A stretch of 64,000 nucleotides of DNA, taken from sequence record NZ_CP110904.1; one strand, written 5' to 3'. Positions 7,987-18,328 of the stretch are shown here, piece by piece. The position numbers and the translations under genes were made by a program. Under the pieces are notes generated by a model. The model saw only the letters and a program-made list of their open reading frames with translations. It did no database searches and was not told where the DNA came from. The stretch's first letter is position 1; each line of letters opens with the position of its first letter. Origin of the DNA: a plasmid.

Positions 7987-10900
7987 CTACTTCTTATTAT
8001 CATTCAGCCAGTTTTCAGCTCTCTCTATTCTCGACTGATACGGTTCGTTTGTATTGTTAAGGTCTGACTTCATAAAGTTAACGAACGCATCTGCTTTATC
8101 CGACCCGAAGCGTGGATCATCGGTCAGTTGCTGACGAATCGCACGCTCTGAGTTTTGTGATGCACTCTCATACGTCTTGATCCCATCACTTCCCATATCC
8201 TTATAACGGCTGGTCACCGCGCTCAGACCATCTGACATTTGCAGGTGGTTGCCAACCTTGCCCAATAACGAACTCGGCATATTTACCGGATTCGTTGCAT
8301 CGTTTGCCAAAGATGCGGGCGTAGTCAGGACCCCAATACCTGAGAGCATGTCGTTTACGGGTTTTGCTCCGATAACGTCAAGCCCTCTGGCAACACTCTC
8401 CTGGCCAGATAAAAGCGTACTGCCAATCACACTACGTTCTGTATTGGACTCAATTTTATTACCAGCAAGGGTATCAATCGTGGTTTGGGTTCGTTGGCCA
8501 ACGATCCCGCCGCCAGAGCCGCCTTCACCAAGATTCGCCCTTATTGCTGAATCAAGAGAGCCTGAAGCCTTGTTGTGCATGTTGAAACCTTCATGGATAC
8601 TCTGGAGATCATTCATCCCCCAGCTAACGTTGTAGTGACCCAGCTCGGTGAGGAGGCTTTGAGTATCCGCTTTCAGTTGTTCTTTCTCAGCGCCGGTTGC
8701 CATTGTACTGGCCCCATAGGTAAACACGGCTTGTGCGGCCAGCTCCGCCCGTTTGTCATCCGGCTTTTTGGTTGGGTCATTTGCAACCCTGTCAAAATAA
8801 TTCGGGAGGTTGTTTGATATCCCGCGTATCTGGCTATCTCCGTACATAGAATTCAGTTTTTCGCTGGTATTACCCATGCCTGAAGTAGCATGCTTGCCGC
8901 CGATACCAGTTTGAAGCTGGTCGAAAGTTTGGTTGGCGTTCTTAACGTCCTGCCCAGCCCCCTGAATCCTTCCCACGGTCTCATTAGTCACTACAGGGGT
9001 ATTCTTATCCAACGACGAGAGAACACTTTGGTTTTCTTCGCTATAGGAGTTAGCTACATTACCTTTATGAATGCCCTGAATATCTTCTTTACTGACCGAG
9101 CCCACATTGTACGGCGTAACACCTGATTCGGTTTGTCCGCCAATATGTTGATTAGCATTCTGCTGGTTCTGTGCCAATCCAGCTTTCGCCTGAGCATCCA
9201 GACCTTGCCCTACGTCAGCAACACGATCGGCACTCATTACGCCGGAGGTATCTACATGGTCTGGTGTGCGCTCCTGCGCCTGTGCAATGGTATTAATACC
9301 CGATGCATCACCAGTGATTCGGTCAAGTTGATTGGTAATTGGCAGCATCTGTTGAGCGTTACCGCCGAAGTCAGCAACCAGCCCTTTAAGCAGGCTGGAG
9401 GTCTCACGCAGATCCTGCTTATTGCTCTCAGCCGTTTCACCCCTGGCAGTATCAATCGCAATTTTTTGCTCACTAAAGTCGCGTGTCGTTGCCACCAGCG
9501 CATCAGTTCGCTGGAGTTGTGATCCCAACTGAGTGCTGGCCTTAAATGTGTCATTGTAAGAATTGAATTTATCCATAAACGCATTCTCATCAAGACCATT
9601 TTTCCGTGCAAAATTACGCACATCATCATCGCTGAAGTTTTTATTACGAATAGAATCGGAGAATCTGTCCAGGTTGACAGACTGTCTTGAGTCGAGTGTC
9701 ATGCCGGTATTAGCGCTGGCGTTCGTTGAAAGTGACGTCGACAGATTTTCGGCCATTGTCTGTGTTGCTTGGTTCATTTTTGATGCAGCTTCTTTGAATG
9801 CATTGGTCTGTGCAAACTGATCACTGTTTACCTGAGAAGCCGCTTTACTCATTTGTTCAGAAAGCCCTGAGTTTTCTGACAATTGAGTCGTAATAGCTTT
9901 ATTCAAATCAGTTAAGAGGCTATCACTGCCTGAATTCGATTTTGAGATCCCTGAACCAACGGTACCCGATGCTTTCAGACCTAGTGAATCCATCACTTTC
10001 TGACCTATACCCCCAGCCCCCCCTTTTCCAAGTTTTTCCTCGCCACCAAGTCCCAAACTTCCATTGAGGAGAAGGTTTGACACCACACCAGCTAATTGCT
10101 GCGAATTAATTTGGTGCTTCGCCCCTACGCTATTAGCGATGTTTGCACCGGCCTGGTCTGTATATGATTTCAAGTTTTGCAGATTCGAGGAAAATTGCTG
10201 GCCCGATTGCCCCGAACGACCAACTTCACTCATCTGATTGTAGGCCTGCTGGAATGAATTACTTGCTGCACTCATGACTGATGAGGTCATTGCCGCCCCT
10301 TGTCCCTGGCTTGACGCGATACTTGAACCTGCATTCCACGTACCGAGTCGGAAGTTACTGGAGTCCATGGCCCCGCCACCGCTGAACCCCTGCCCGGTGC
10401 TTGTCAGTGCTGTACGATTAACATCCCCAAATGATGATTTTCCGCTATTTGGCGCATCCCACACTTTCGGCGTGAGGTGGCTGGAGTCCACAGGTGCGGG
10501 TGGCGTAACTCCTTTCATCGCATTCATCATTGGATGAATGGATTGCGTCATCAGGAACAGCGTCAGGACTGGGATAAGAGCATAGAGCGCTGATGCAACT
10601 GATAAGTAAGAACTATATGTTTCGGCAAGCCCTGGTAAGCCCATCCAAGTCACCGCGTTACTCTGACTATTCAGTGTGCTCCATGTATCAAGATCCGCTG
10701 TTGCCACCTTCTTCACGTAGGCATTGACCATCACCGCAGTAATCGGCCACATATTAACGAAGAGAATCAACTGAAGATATTTTGCCGCTGCGGCAACACC
10801 GTTTCCGCCGAGTGCAAGCAGCATGAGCAATGCAAACGGAGCAACCATGTACGCAAACATTTCAAGAAACGCAATTGCCGCACCAGATAATTGCAGCCAG

Positions 10901-11976
10901 AGCTGCCCCTGAGATGCCATGGTATTCGTACGTTTTAATGATGCCTCAAACAGTTGCATATCCGAGGCCAGACCAAGTGGGGTTTTGTATTTACTGGCAC
11001 CATTACGGAGCTCATTCATGATGAACAAAGAAAGCGTCGCGTCATAAGCGCCAATCGCCTTGCCATACATGCCGTTCGCCGACGCCATTACATCCGTGAA
11101 GCTCGATCCGGATGCGGCACCGCCCGCCTCTTCTGGGGTAAGAATACCGTTTGTTTGCCCAATCAAAGCAATCGTCTGTCTAGCCTCCGGGGTGCTCGTT
11201 ACCTGTTTAACGGTCGACCAGACCTCTTCACAAGTCGCTGACTTTGAACTATTCACACCCACGATGTTAGCAGATGCGTTCTTCAGCGAACCTTTCATCG
11301 CCTGATTAATGCGTTCCATGCTTTCCGCGACATTTGAAGAGAAAATATCGTTAAAAATGGTTTCTTTCCCAGCGATTTTCGCGCTTGAGTTTTGTGTTCC
11401 CTTGAGGCAGTTATAGGCCAGTGATTGCACTGTCGCACACACGTTCATTGCACCTAATCCGCTAACTGGTTCGGGGAACGCTGAACAATACCCCTGGCTG
11501 TCCCCGCCCCATTGTAAGAATTTAACGAAGCGAATCATCGGGCCAAGAGTAATGTCATCATCAAGCGTGGTTGCGGCAAAGTCGATCGGCGCCAGCGGAT
11601 CAAACGCCGTTTTATAGTCTTTGAGTAGGCCCTGGCTAAGGTTAGTGGTTACAGTTCCCATCGCCGCGATAAAAACAGGAATACCATCGACATTTCTCAC
11701 TTCACCAGACTTAACCGATTCAATAGTCACATCCACGCGTACTATTGCCATCGAAAAAAGAATCAGCCCAAGAATCCATGAAAATATCGGCACCTCTGCT
11801 TTTGTCGGGTTCAACAGCCAAAGCCATGTTTTATAAAACAGGCTGGCTCCAGCCAGCACCGCTGCCGTGGTGAGAAATGCTTTTACACCGGTATATTGTG
11901 AGAAAATCAGGGCAATCCCGTTAAGGGCGGACCACACGAACTCGATATCACCTACTGTATAGATGTTGTAATCCAT
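7987..11976 (-). CDS. traG: F-type mating-pair-formation protein TraG/TrhG-like. It has an N-terminal polytopic membrane domain and a long low-complexity periplasmic region.
   Basis: 1329 aa with several N-terminal TM segments. It sits directly downstream of the TraH-like gene (F-like order traF-traH-traG). The central region is Gly/Ser/Gln/Asn-rich. Confidence 0.6.
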   Translation of the reverse strand: MDYNIYTVGDIEFVWSALNGIALIFSQYTGVKAFLTTAAVLAGASLFYKTWLWLLNPTKAEVPIFSWILGLILFSMAIVRVDVTIESVKSGEVRNVDGIPVFIAAMGTVTTNLSQGLLKDYKTAFDPLAPIDFAATTLDDDITLGPMIRFVKFLQWGGDSQGYCSAFPEPVSGLGAMNVCATVQSLAYNCLKGTQNSSAKIAGKETIFNDIFSSNVAESMERINQAMKGSLKNASANIVGVNSSKSATCEEVWSTVKQVTSTPEARQTIALIGQTNGILTPEEAGGAASGSSFTDVMASANGMYGKAIGAYDATLSLFIMNELRNGASKYKTPLGLASDMQLFEASLKRTNTMASQGQLWLQLSGAAIAFLEMFAYMVAPFALLMLLALGGNGVAAAAKYLQLILFVNMWPITAVMVNAYVKKVATADLDTWSTLNSQSNAVTWMGLPGLAETYSSYLSVASALYALIPVLTLFLMTQSIHPMMNAMKGVTPPAPVDSSHLTPKVWDAPNSGKSSFGDVNRTALTSTGQGFSGGGAMDSSNFRLGTWNAGSSIASSQGQGAAMTSSVMSAASNSFQQAYNQMSEVGRSGQSGQQFSSNLQNLKSYTDQAGANIANSVGAKHQINSQQLAGVVSNLLLNGSLGLGGEEKLGKGGAGGIGQKVMDSLGLKASGTVGSGISKSNSGSDSLLTDLNKAITTQLSENSGLSEQMSKAASQVNSDQFAQTNAFKEAASKMNQATQTMAENLSTSLSTNASANTGMTLDSRQSVNLDRFSDSIRNKNFSDDDVRNFARKNGLDENAFMDKFNSYNDTFKASTQLGSQLQRTDALVATTRDFSEQKIAIDTARGETAESNKQDLRETSSLLKGLVADFGGNAQQMLPITNQLDRITGDASGINTIAQAQERTPDHVDTSGVMSADRVADVGQGLDAQAKAGLAQNQQNANQHIGGQTESGVTPYNVGSVSKEDIQGIHKGNVANSYSEENQSVLSSLDKNTPVVTNETVGRIQGAGQDVKNANQTFDQLQTGIGGKHATSGMGNTSEKLNSMYGDSQIRGISNNLPNYFDRVANDPTKKPDDKRAELAAQAVFTYGASTMATGAEKEQLKADTQSLLTELGHYNVSWGMNDLQSIHEGFNMHNKASGSLDSAIRANLGEGGSGGGIVGQRTQTTIDTLAGNKIESNTERSVIGSTLLSGQESVARGLDVIGAKPVNDMLSGIGVLTTPASLANDATNPVNMPSSLLGKVGNHLQMSDGLSAVTSRYKDMGSDGIKTYESASQNSERAIRQQLTDDPRFGSDKADAFVNFMKSDLNNTNEPYQSRIERAENWLNDNKK

Positions 11977-11984
11977 ATCAGACC

Positions 11985-13400
11985 TCAGTTACCTGTGCCA
12001 CGAAGACTTTCCATGAACGCCTTCCTCTTTAATCGGCGATCATCCCATGCTGAAATGACATCAGAGCTGTTACCTACCTGGCTACGGGTGAGCTCGTAAG
12101 CTGCTTTTACCTGATTGCTAAGGTTTTCAGATAACCGAGTCAGGTCCTGCCGCCGTCCGGAAAGTGATTCACTGGGGATATTCATAGCGCTGATCTTTGC
12201 TTCAACTTGCCGAAGCATGTTAATGACAAGGCTGGTGGCCGCTATTGCACTGATATCCTGGATATAGGCATAGCCTTCAGGGACATCAAAAGTCTGAAGA
12301 GAATCAAGAATTGTTGGGATGCCGATATAAGAAATAATGCGTAATTCATCATCAGAGATCCTGACATCGCTGATTGCCTTTGTTTGAACCTGAATTAGGA
12401 GGTCTGAAATCGTATCCTTCAGTCCTTTGAAACCACCATCCATCACTTCAGACATAACCAGGCATTGCGACTTTCTCGCTGAAGCAGGATCGGGTACAGG
12501 CGAACATTTGAGCATTTTTATGGAGCCACCAGCCGGAGGACCCATGATGAAATCCGATACCGTCATCGTCGATGGACGAACTTCCATCCCCGCTTTTTCA
12601 CCTTTAGCATCCCAGTTGATAATCACAGTGCCGACAAGCGACATCAACTGCTCTGCGAGTTTGTAGCCAGATAATTCAGTAACGCCACCGATATTCATAG
12701 AACCTTTATCGATGTCCATAAATGACATATAGAAAAGGTTTCCACTGAATTTTTCAGCAAACTCTTCAGGGTCTTTTGCTTTTACCTGGGAGGTCACAGT
12801 TTCTGGCGACTTGGTCATTGATGAACCGAAATCAGACAACAATCCATTAAGAGTACCAAGCATTGAAGCTGGGCCGGAACTGACCGCATTCGCATACTGG
12901 CTGGGTGGTCCAACATTTTCAGAAAGAAACGAGTAAGTAGCGTTGCAGGAATCTTTGGCAAATTTGTTCAACGCCTGCAATTTGTTCTGGATATCATTAA
13001 TAGTCGCAGCACAGTCAGCACAGATTGCCGATACCGCGACATTAAATGCATAAATCGCGGCCCCCTGCGCGATACCGCGAGCAACCTGCACCAACTGATC
13101 TCCGTTAATCATACTGAATGAACCGAGGAAAACATCGATGCCGTTACAGCCGACGGAAGCTTTGGGGAAAGACATTGAAACTAAATTGGTATTCACGTTT
13201 GTTGTGCGGTAGGAAAAAGAGCCGCCAACCACACCGGTACGGGTGGCCGTTTCAAAACTGGCCGGGCTGGTTGTCGTCATCATTCCATTAAAAATATTAC
13301 GCATGGCGTTATCGGCACCGGCATTTGGTGCAATCATCGCCGTGCAAACGGCTAACGACAAAAGTAACTTTTTTGCACAAACATGGAGGTTAGCGCGCAT
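11985..13400 (-). CDS. traH: F-type pilus assembly protein TraH/TrhH-like.
   Basis: Signal peptide MRANLHVCAKKLLLSLAVCTAMIAPNAGA. The size is about 470 aa. It lies between a TraF-like and a TraG-like gene. Confidence 0.55.
   Translation of the reverse strand: MRANLHVCAKKLLLSLAVCTAMIAPNAGADNAMRNIFNGMMTTTSPASFETATRTGVVGGSFSYRTTNVNTNLVSMSFPKASVGCNGIDVFLGSFSMINGDQLVQVARGIAQGAAIYAFNVAVSAICADCAATINDIQNKLQALNKFAKDSCNATYSFLSENVGPPSQYANAVSSGPASMLGTLNGLLSDFGSSMTKSPETVTSQVKAKDPEEFAEKFSGNLFYMSFMDIDKGSMNIGGVTELSGYKLAEQLMSLVGTVIINWDAKGEKAGMEVRPSTMTVSDFIMGPPAGGSIKMLKCSPVPDPASARKSQCLVMSEVMDGGFKGLKDTISDLLIQVQTKAISDVRISDDELRIISYIGIPTILDSLQTFDVPEGYAYIQDISAIAATSLVINMLRQVEAKISAMNIPSESLSGRRQDLTRLSENLSNQVKAAYELTRSQVGNSSDVISAWDDRRLKRKAFMESLRGTGN
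13359..13375. promoter_or_regulatory. Dispersed palindrome copy, inside the 5' end of the TraH-like gene.
   Basis: CAAAAGTAACTTTTTTG. Confidence 0.5.
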
Positions 13401-14436
13401 ATGGGCCTCCTAAACTGCCACCAACATTCAAGTAGTTCACAGGGTCCGCTGTAGGCATATCGTACCCTTCCAACTTCTGGTCCATTATTCGTTGCAATAA
13501 GAACGGGTCAGATTCCATTTCTGATTTATTCACTGTAATTACGCCATCCTCACCAATGGTATATTGGCGCTTAATATCTAACGTGGATTGGAATGAGGCA
13601 TCATCAATCAGGTTCATGCCCTTTGCAGCCAGAATAATAGTATTCTTGAGCTCCTCAGCAGTGATCATACCTTCGCTAATTCGTTGCGCTGATGACCCGT
13701 CTTTCGACACAAGGAAAATAGTTGGCACTTCGCGGATTTTGAATTGATCAATAATCTGCGCATTAGGGACAGAGAAATCCTGGAACAACCCATTTTGTAA
13801 TGGTCTGCCATCCATGCTGACAGGGAGAATGTCGACCGAATAGTAATTCTGCATAAACTGGAGGATTTGACTTTCTTCGTGGCAGAACTCACAGGTACTC
13901 TGGAAAAAGAAAAAGAGCCCGGATCTTGTGAAAATATCTTTCATTACCGTCTGCTGGTTTTTTTCCACAACCGTACGATGTGCATCCAAGGCAACCTTCT
14001 CAACCGGCTGTCTTCGTTTTTCAGACATCATTGGATTTTTAAGAAAATAATCTTTCGACTTATCCGAAAATCGCGTACCGATATCCAACATTAAACGTTG
14101 CGCTGTATAAAACCTCGATAAGTTTTCAGGGGTCGGATTATCCATTGCCTGAGTCAAAAGCCGGGGCATATTGTCCTTTAGCCACTTTGAATTAAGATCA
14201 ATCTTTTCTTCTTGTACTGGCTGGGACGAAGATGCAACAGGAGGCGTAGTCTCATTAATTTCTTCCTCAGTTTTCCGGGCTGGGTCGTCATACCAGAAAA
14301 AACCTTTCTTAAAGGCTTGTCCTGACACAAATGGGGTGTCTTTGATAAGGGTCTGGTCTTCATTTGCATGGACGCCAGTTATAAACAAAGACATCAGCAC
14401 TAACATCTTTGAAGGCAGTAACGTTAATCGAGTCAT
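13390..14436 (-). CDS. traF: Thioredoxin-fold conjugal pilus assembly protein TraF/TrhF-like.
   Basis: Signal peptide. A C-terminal thioredoxin-like region carries CEFCHEE (CxxC). It overlaps the start of the TraH-like gene. Confidence 0.5.
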   Translation of the reverse strand: MTRLTLLPSKMLVLMSLFITGVHANEDQTLIKDTPFVSGQAFKKGFFWYDDPARKTEEEINETTPPVASSSQPVQEEKIDLNSKWLKDNMPRLLTQAMDNPTPENLSRFYTAQRLMLDIGTRFSDKSKDYFLKNPMMSEKRRQPVEKVALDAHRTVVEKNQQTVMKDIFTRSGLFFFFQSTCEFCHEESQILQFMQNYYSVDILPVSMDGRPLQNGLFQDFSVPNAQIIDQFKIREVPTIFLVSKDGSSAQRISEGMITAEELKNTIILAAKGMNLIDDASFQSTLDIKRQYTIGEDGVITVNKSEMESDPFLLQRIMDQKLEGYDMPTADPVNYLNVGGSLGGPYAR

Positions 14437-15051
14437 TCACCGATCTCCTCATGGAATAGAGGTATGATGGCATAAAAAAAATCACCGGGAGTTCGATAAC
14501 GGAGTAGATTTCATGCGTTAAAAAACCAGAAATGTGACGCCGACAAAGCCCCAAAAACGACAGTTCAACACAGTGTCCCGGTAAAGACATGGTCTGTAAG
14601 AGAGAAATGGATTAATTATATGACGGTACAGTAATGCAAATTCGCGTTGTCATTCAGACAACACTATCCAGATTATGAACGATCCCCGTACTTTGCTGGT
14701 TAACGAATAAGGGAATTTATACTTAATTGAATACCTATAAGAAACGAAATTGGCAGGCGCATCATAAAATCTGGACTTTTCAAAGACCGTAATGAATCAA
14801 AGAATGGCAATTCATGTTAGTTATACTTACAGAAAATGAACGTTGGAAGGATAGAGCAGACAAAAAAATACGGATGGTAGTAATATTTAACACAGTATGT
14901 TTTAGATACGTCAGAACGGAAGCCGTCTGAAAATAAACAGCAACATGAGGAACCATGTGTAACGGTATGCAAGCCAAAGATTTAATAGATAAAGACGACG
15001 CAGTCTTTAGATTTTTGGTCTAAGCTTAAAACCACTCACATAAAGTAATAG

Positions 15052-15564
15052 CTAATCTAACTCCTCCTGAGAATATCTCGCTATTGCAGACACCGTTGAC
15101 GACAATCTGCACCGAGGGCAATGAGTATCATTGGTATACGGGACAATGTAAGGCCGCTTGCATTTCGCACAAGTTTCGAGTTCCTCTATTTCTTTCATTG
15201 ACGTGAGGATCTCAATGATTTTATTGACCTCAGGGGCGCAGACGAAATACCCAAGGTTATGCAGCACGCTCATGATTCGGTTGAAGTCAATATTGCGGAA
15301 GCTGGATTCCGGATGAATAGGATCAAAACCGAAGTAATTTACCGCGACATCAATAACCGCAGAAAATGCTCTGCGGTTATCCGAACGACGACTCCACCCT
15401 CGAATACCTTTTTTAACGTTTTGTTGAGGTTCCGATCTGAAATCAATATTTTCTGCAACATGGCTTCCATAAAGAATTCTTATTGAGTTTTTATTCGCAC
15501 CAAGTGACATCGTTTTTGTAGCGCTCAACAACATGTTAGCTTTAGTTTGATCGACTTTAGCCAT
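15052..15564 (-). CDS. Hypothetical protein with a C-terminal C4 zinc ribbon. It may be a transfer regulator.
   Basis: CAKCKRP...CPRC motif. It is the first gene of a divergent unit next to the putative oriT region. Confidence 0.3.
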   Translation of the reverse strand: MAKVDQTKANMLLSATKTMSLGANKNSIRILYGSHVAENIDFRSEPQQNVKKGIRGWSRRSDNRRAFSAVIDVAVNYFGFDPIHPESSFRNIDFNRIMSVLHNLGYFVCAPEVNKIIEILTSMKEIEELETCAKCKRPYIVPYTNDTHCPRCRLSSTVSAIARYSQEELD

Positions 15565-15569
15565 TTTTA

Positions 15570-16367
15570 TTAATCCTTCAAGAGCACTTTATTTGCCAAA
15601 GAGTTGAACACATCCTGACGGTGGCATGTAAACATAGTGTCGTAACGCAATAGTTCCATTAAGTCGTCACTAACTTTACCCAAACGAATGTCGGCAGATA
15701 ATTCGTATGCCCAGGCAAACACCTTAGATTTTAATGTTGCACTATCATCCCCCAACCCCGGTGTAAAGGCAATTATTCGTGGGAATAGAACGACATCGTT
15801 AATTGCTTTGAGTGATGACACACCAACATCTTTTATTGCATCTACGGTAGCAGGCTTTAATCCAAAAAATATACTGACAAACTCAGGTGCAAGCATTGAC
15901 ATAAAGAAGATCTGCATAAAATAATCATTTTGTATGTCTACACACTTGGAGCGTAACTGCTGAATTTTGCTCGGATTATAACAATCTTCCTGCCCATTCA
16001 ACAAAGTAACTTTTTCCCCTGCATTGTAAATGCCGAAGTCAGTATCGTCACTGTCATATTCACGGATAACGTTAGTGTCACCATCAACAACGGCCATAAA
16101 AAATTTATCCCACGAGATCTCTTTACCTAAAGAACGTGGAACGAGGAAACTTCCGGGACGTGTTTCAACTTCGAATGCATTATCAGCCATTGCCCCAAAC
16201 CCGGTTCCAAATAGACGGCGTTGCAGGAGTGGAGACCCTGTTTGATACATAGAAGATCCGTGAATAGGCAATAACATTAGGAATGCACGGTAACTACGAA
16301 TAATCGAAATCTCGGTACGTAATAGTTTACCGAGTAGGTTACGCGTTATGTTATCTGATTCTGACAT
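15570..16367 (-). CDS. Hypothetical protein. It may be a transfer regulator.
   Basis: 265-aa ORF with codon structure. An operator motif lies about 75 bp upstream and another is internal. Confidence 0.3.
   Translation of the reverse strand: MSESDNITRNLLGKLLRTEISIIRSYRAFLMLLPIHGSSMYQTGSPLLQRRLFGTGFGAMADNAFEVETRPGSFLVPRSLGKEISWDKFFMAVVDGDTNVIREYDSDDTDFGIYNAGEKVTLLNGQEDCYNPSKIQQLRSKCVDIQNDYFMQIFFMSMLAPEFVSIFFGLKPATVDAIKDVGVSSLKAINDVVLFPRIIAFTPGLGDDSATLKSKVFAWAYELSADIRLGKVSDDLMELLRYDTMFTCHRQDVFNSLANKVLLKD
16001..16018. promoter_or_regulatory. Dispersed palindrome copy, intragenic.
   Basis: ACAAAGTAACTTTTTCCC. Confidence 0.5.
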
Positions 16368-16440
16368 GTGCGGATTGTCCTTGCGTCAATACAATTGTAC
16401 TAATCTTCTACATGAAATTAAAGTTTGGTTTTTGAATGAT

Positions 16441-16456
16441 GAAAAGTAACTTTTGG
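16441..16456. promoter_or_regulatory. Dispersed palindrome copy about 75 bp upstream of the 15570..16367 gene.
   Basis: GAAAAGTAACTTTTGG. Confidence 0.6.
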
Positions 16457-16694
16457 AATTTTAATACTGCCTATTTGAGTCTTAAAACTAACCATTCATC
16501 CATTGGCCTTACTTGTAACACTTTTTAACCAAACTAACCAGGATTTTATCAAAAAACCCTGCGCTTGCTAACGAAATTTTAATCGCTTAAAAAAATAGCA
16601 AAGCCCGAATCGTTATCGGCATTAAGCGGCAATAACATTAGCGAAAAAAGCGATTCAGGATGAATATTTTTCCGATTGATTAACATGACTACTA

Positions 16695-16858
16695 CATAGG
16701 GTCACTTCTTGCCGAAAAGTGGTCCTATGAAGCCTCGACATAGGGTCACTTCTTTGTGAAAAGTGACCCTATGTAGCCAAGACATAGGGTCACTTTTTTT
16801 AAAAGTGGCACTATGCGCAAAAAACATAGGGTCACTTTTGTTTAAAAAGTGGCACTAG
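16695..16858. repeat. Four tandem imperfect 33–35-bp palindromes, CATAGGGTCACTT-N7-9-AAGTG(A/G)CCCTATG, spaced 44/44/42 bp apart. Probably oriT or relaxosome-accessory binding sites, or iterons.
   Basis: Units start at 16695, 16739, 16783 and 16825. They lie between divergent transfer operons in an AT-rich region. Confidence 0.8.
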
Positions 16859-16920
16859 ATATATGTATAACTTAGTAAGTAAAACAGCACTTTTCAGATC
16901 ACGGTCTCAAAATACCCATG

Positions 16921-16942
16921 GCAGAAAAAGTTACTTTTCTGC
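16921..16942. promoter_or_regulatory. Extended palindrome GCAGAAAAAGTTACTTTTCTGC about 190 bp upstream of the transfer operon.
   Basis: 10-bp arms. Sits between the four tandem palindromes and the first gene of the operon. Confidence 0.65.
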
Positions 16943-17123
16943 CGCGCTTAAATGCGCCCATCTCAGCCGTTCCCGTGTTCATCTGGAGCTGCGCACTATC
17001 TGTATTCCTCACGCCTCCGAAGCCCCACCTCAAAATTCTCGATAAAAATCACGGAAAAAAGTCCTGTTTGTGAAAAAAAAATAAAAACCACTTCGGTATA
17101 GTGATTTCACATCAGGAGGTCAC

Positions 17124-17609
17124 ATGTCTAATTCGAAACTAATAAAGTCACTAGAATTATCACGCAGTTTGATGCGTTCACAAATCGAGGTTCTGCGGGA
17201 GGCAGCTGAAGACCTTTGCACAAATTACTGGATCGAGTGGAAAGAACGGAATCATCTGGAGATTAATTTACCCCGGCCTAACAATACGCTAAAGCGTGAG
17301 TATCTGGGTTCGTATGCGCCGAAAATTGAATTAATCGGTAATGCCAAAAAAGTTACAATCACCTGGCATAAGTTCAGCCCGTTTAAAACCAGGTCTCCCA
17401 GTCATATGTCGAAACGGATTTCTGCGATGAAAAGCGGAAAATATTCGAAAAGCTGCTTTGTTAAGCATGCCTTCTGGGAATATGAAATGATCGAAAAAAC
17501 GGAGGGAGTACTAGAACCCTACAGAGAATTACTTGAGTTCTATCATACTGCGTATATCGAACTGGGACGCAAAATCCGTAAATACTCAAAATCAGAGGTG
17601 GCACAATGA
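17124..17609 (+). CDS. Small protein heading the transfer operon, possibly a relaxosome accessory protein.
   Basis: Strong RBS aggaggtcacATG. The stop overlaps the start of the next gene (ATGA). It sits upstream of the relaxase. Confidence 0.35.
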   Translation: MSNSKLIKSLELSRSLMRSQIEVLREAAEDLCTNYWIEWKERNHLEINLPRPNNTLKREYLGSYAPKIELIGNAKKVTITWHKFSPFKTRSPSHMSKRISAMKSGKYSKSCFVKHAFWEYEMIEKTEGVLEPYRELLEFYHTAYIELGRKIRKYSKSEVAQ

Positions 17610-18328
17610 CCGACGTAACAATTAATGAAAGCAAGCAGAAGACACCTGATGTAAATGCCCGCTCCTCTCAGACTCCTGAAGATAGCCGAAGAGCCACGCA
17701 AAGTAAAAATGAACATTACGGCATGGCAACAGTAACTATTACTCCAGGCACGCCAGACTTTAACCGATTTCTTACGGCACGGAATCGTTCCGTAATAAGA
17801 GGCTTTAATGATGTTAGCATTGCTATTTCATCATTATTCAGGACGGTTAATGCGGTAAAACACCCTGAATTGGTGCAGGCAATTCAGGACTGGTTTAATG
17901 AATTGCACGACGAAAACAATTTGATGAAGCAGAATCTGGAGGCCCACATCGCCACTATTAAGGTTGATGAAAGTGATCCATTCTTCTCATCAACTGAGTT
18001 TTCTCCGTTCAGATTTGAATCTGTCCAGTTAAACTTCAACAACCAGAACACGATGCGATTTTATAAGCACATCTTTGAAATGAACAACCTTCTGACCCAG
18101 ATGTATAAATTCAACTCTCTGGGTCAGCTGCCGGTTAGCGATTACAACGTAATGGCGCACAATATTATCCGAAGTCTCAACATGTATATCGAACGGGTCA
18201 AAAAAACACTTAACGTGTCGCGCCGTGTAAAAGGTTCTTACAGTCCTGATGAGTTTATCGAAAAGGTAAAACAGTACAAAAGCGTGCAGGCATATATTGC
18301 TGCGGAACTATCTGGTAAACGCCAATAA
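17606..18328 (+). CDS. Hypothetical protein in the transfer operon.
   Basis: 240-aa ORF translationally coupled to its neighbours on both sides. Confidence 0.35.
   Translation: MTDVTINESKQKTPDVNARSSQTPEDSRRATQSKNEHYGMATVTITPGTPDFNRFLTARNRSVIRGFNDVSIAISSLFRTVNAVKHPELVQAIQDWFNELHDENNLMKQNLEAHIATIKVDESDPFFSSTEFSPFRFESVQLNFNNQNTMRFYKHIFEMNNLLTQMYKFNSLGQLPVSDYNVMAHNIIRSLNMYIERVKKTLNVSRRVKGSYSPDEFIEKVKQYKSVQAYIAAELSGKRQ

Noticed and set aside
16695-16858. The tandem repeats as a CRISPR array.
   Set aside because: The units are internally palindromic and only four in number. Spacers are about 8–10 bp and no cas genes are nearby. They fit protein-binding iterons or oriT repeats instead.
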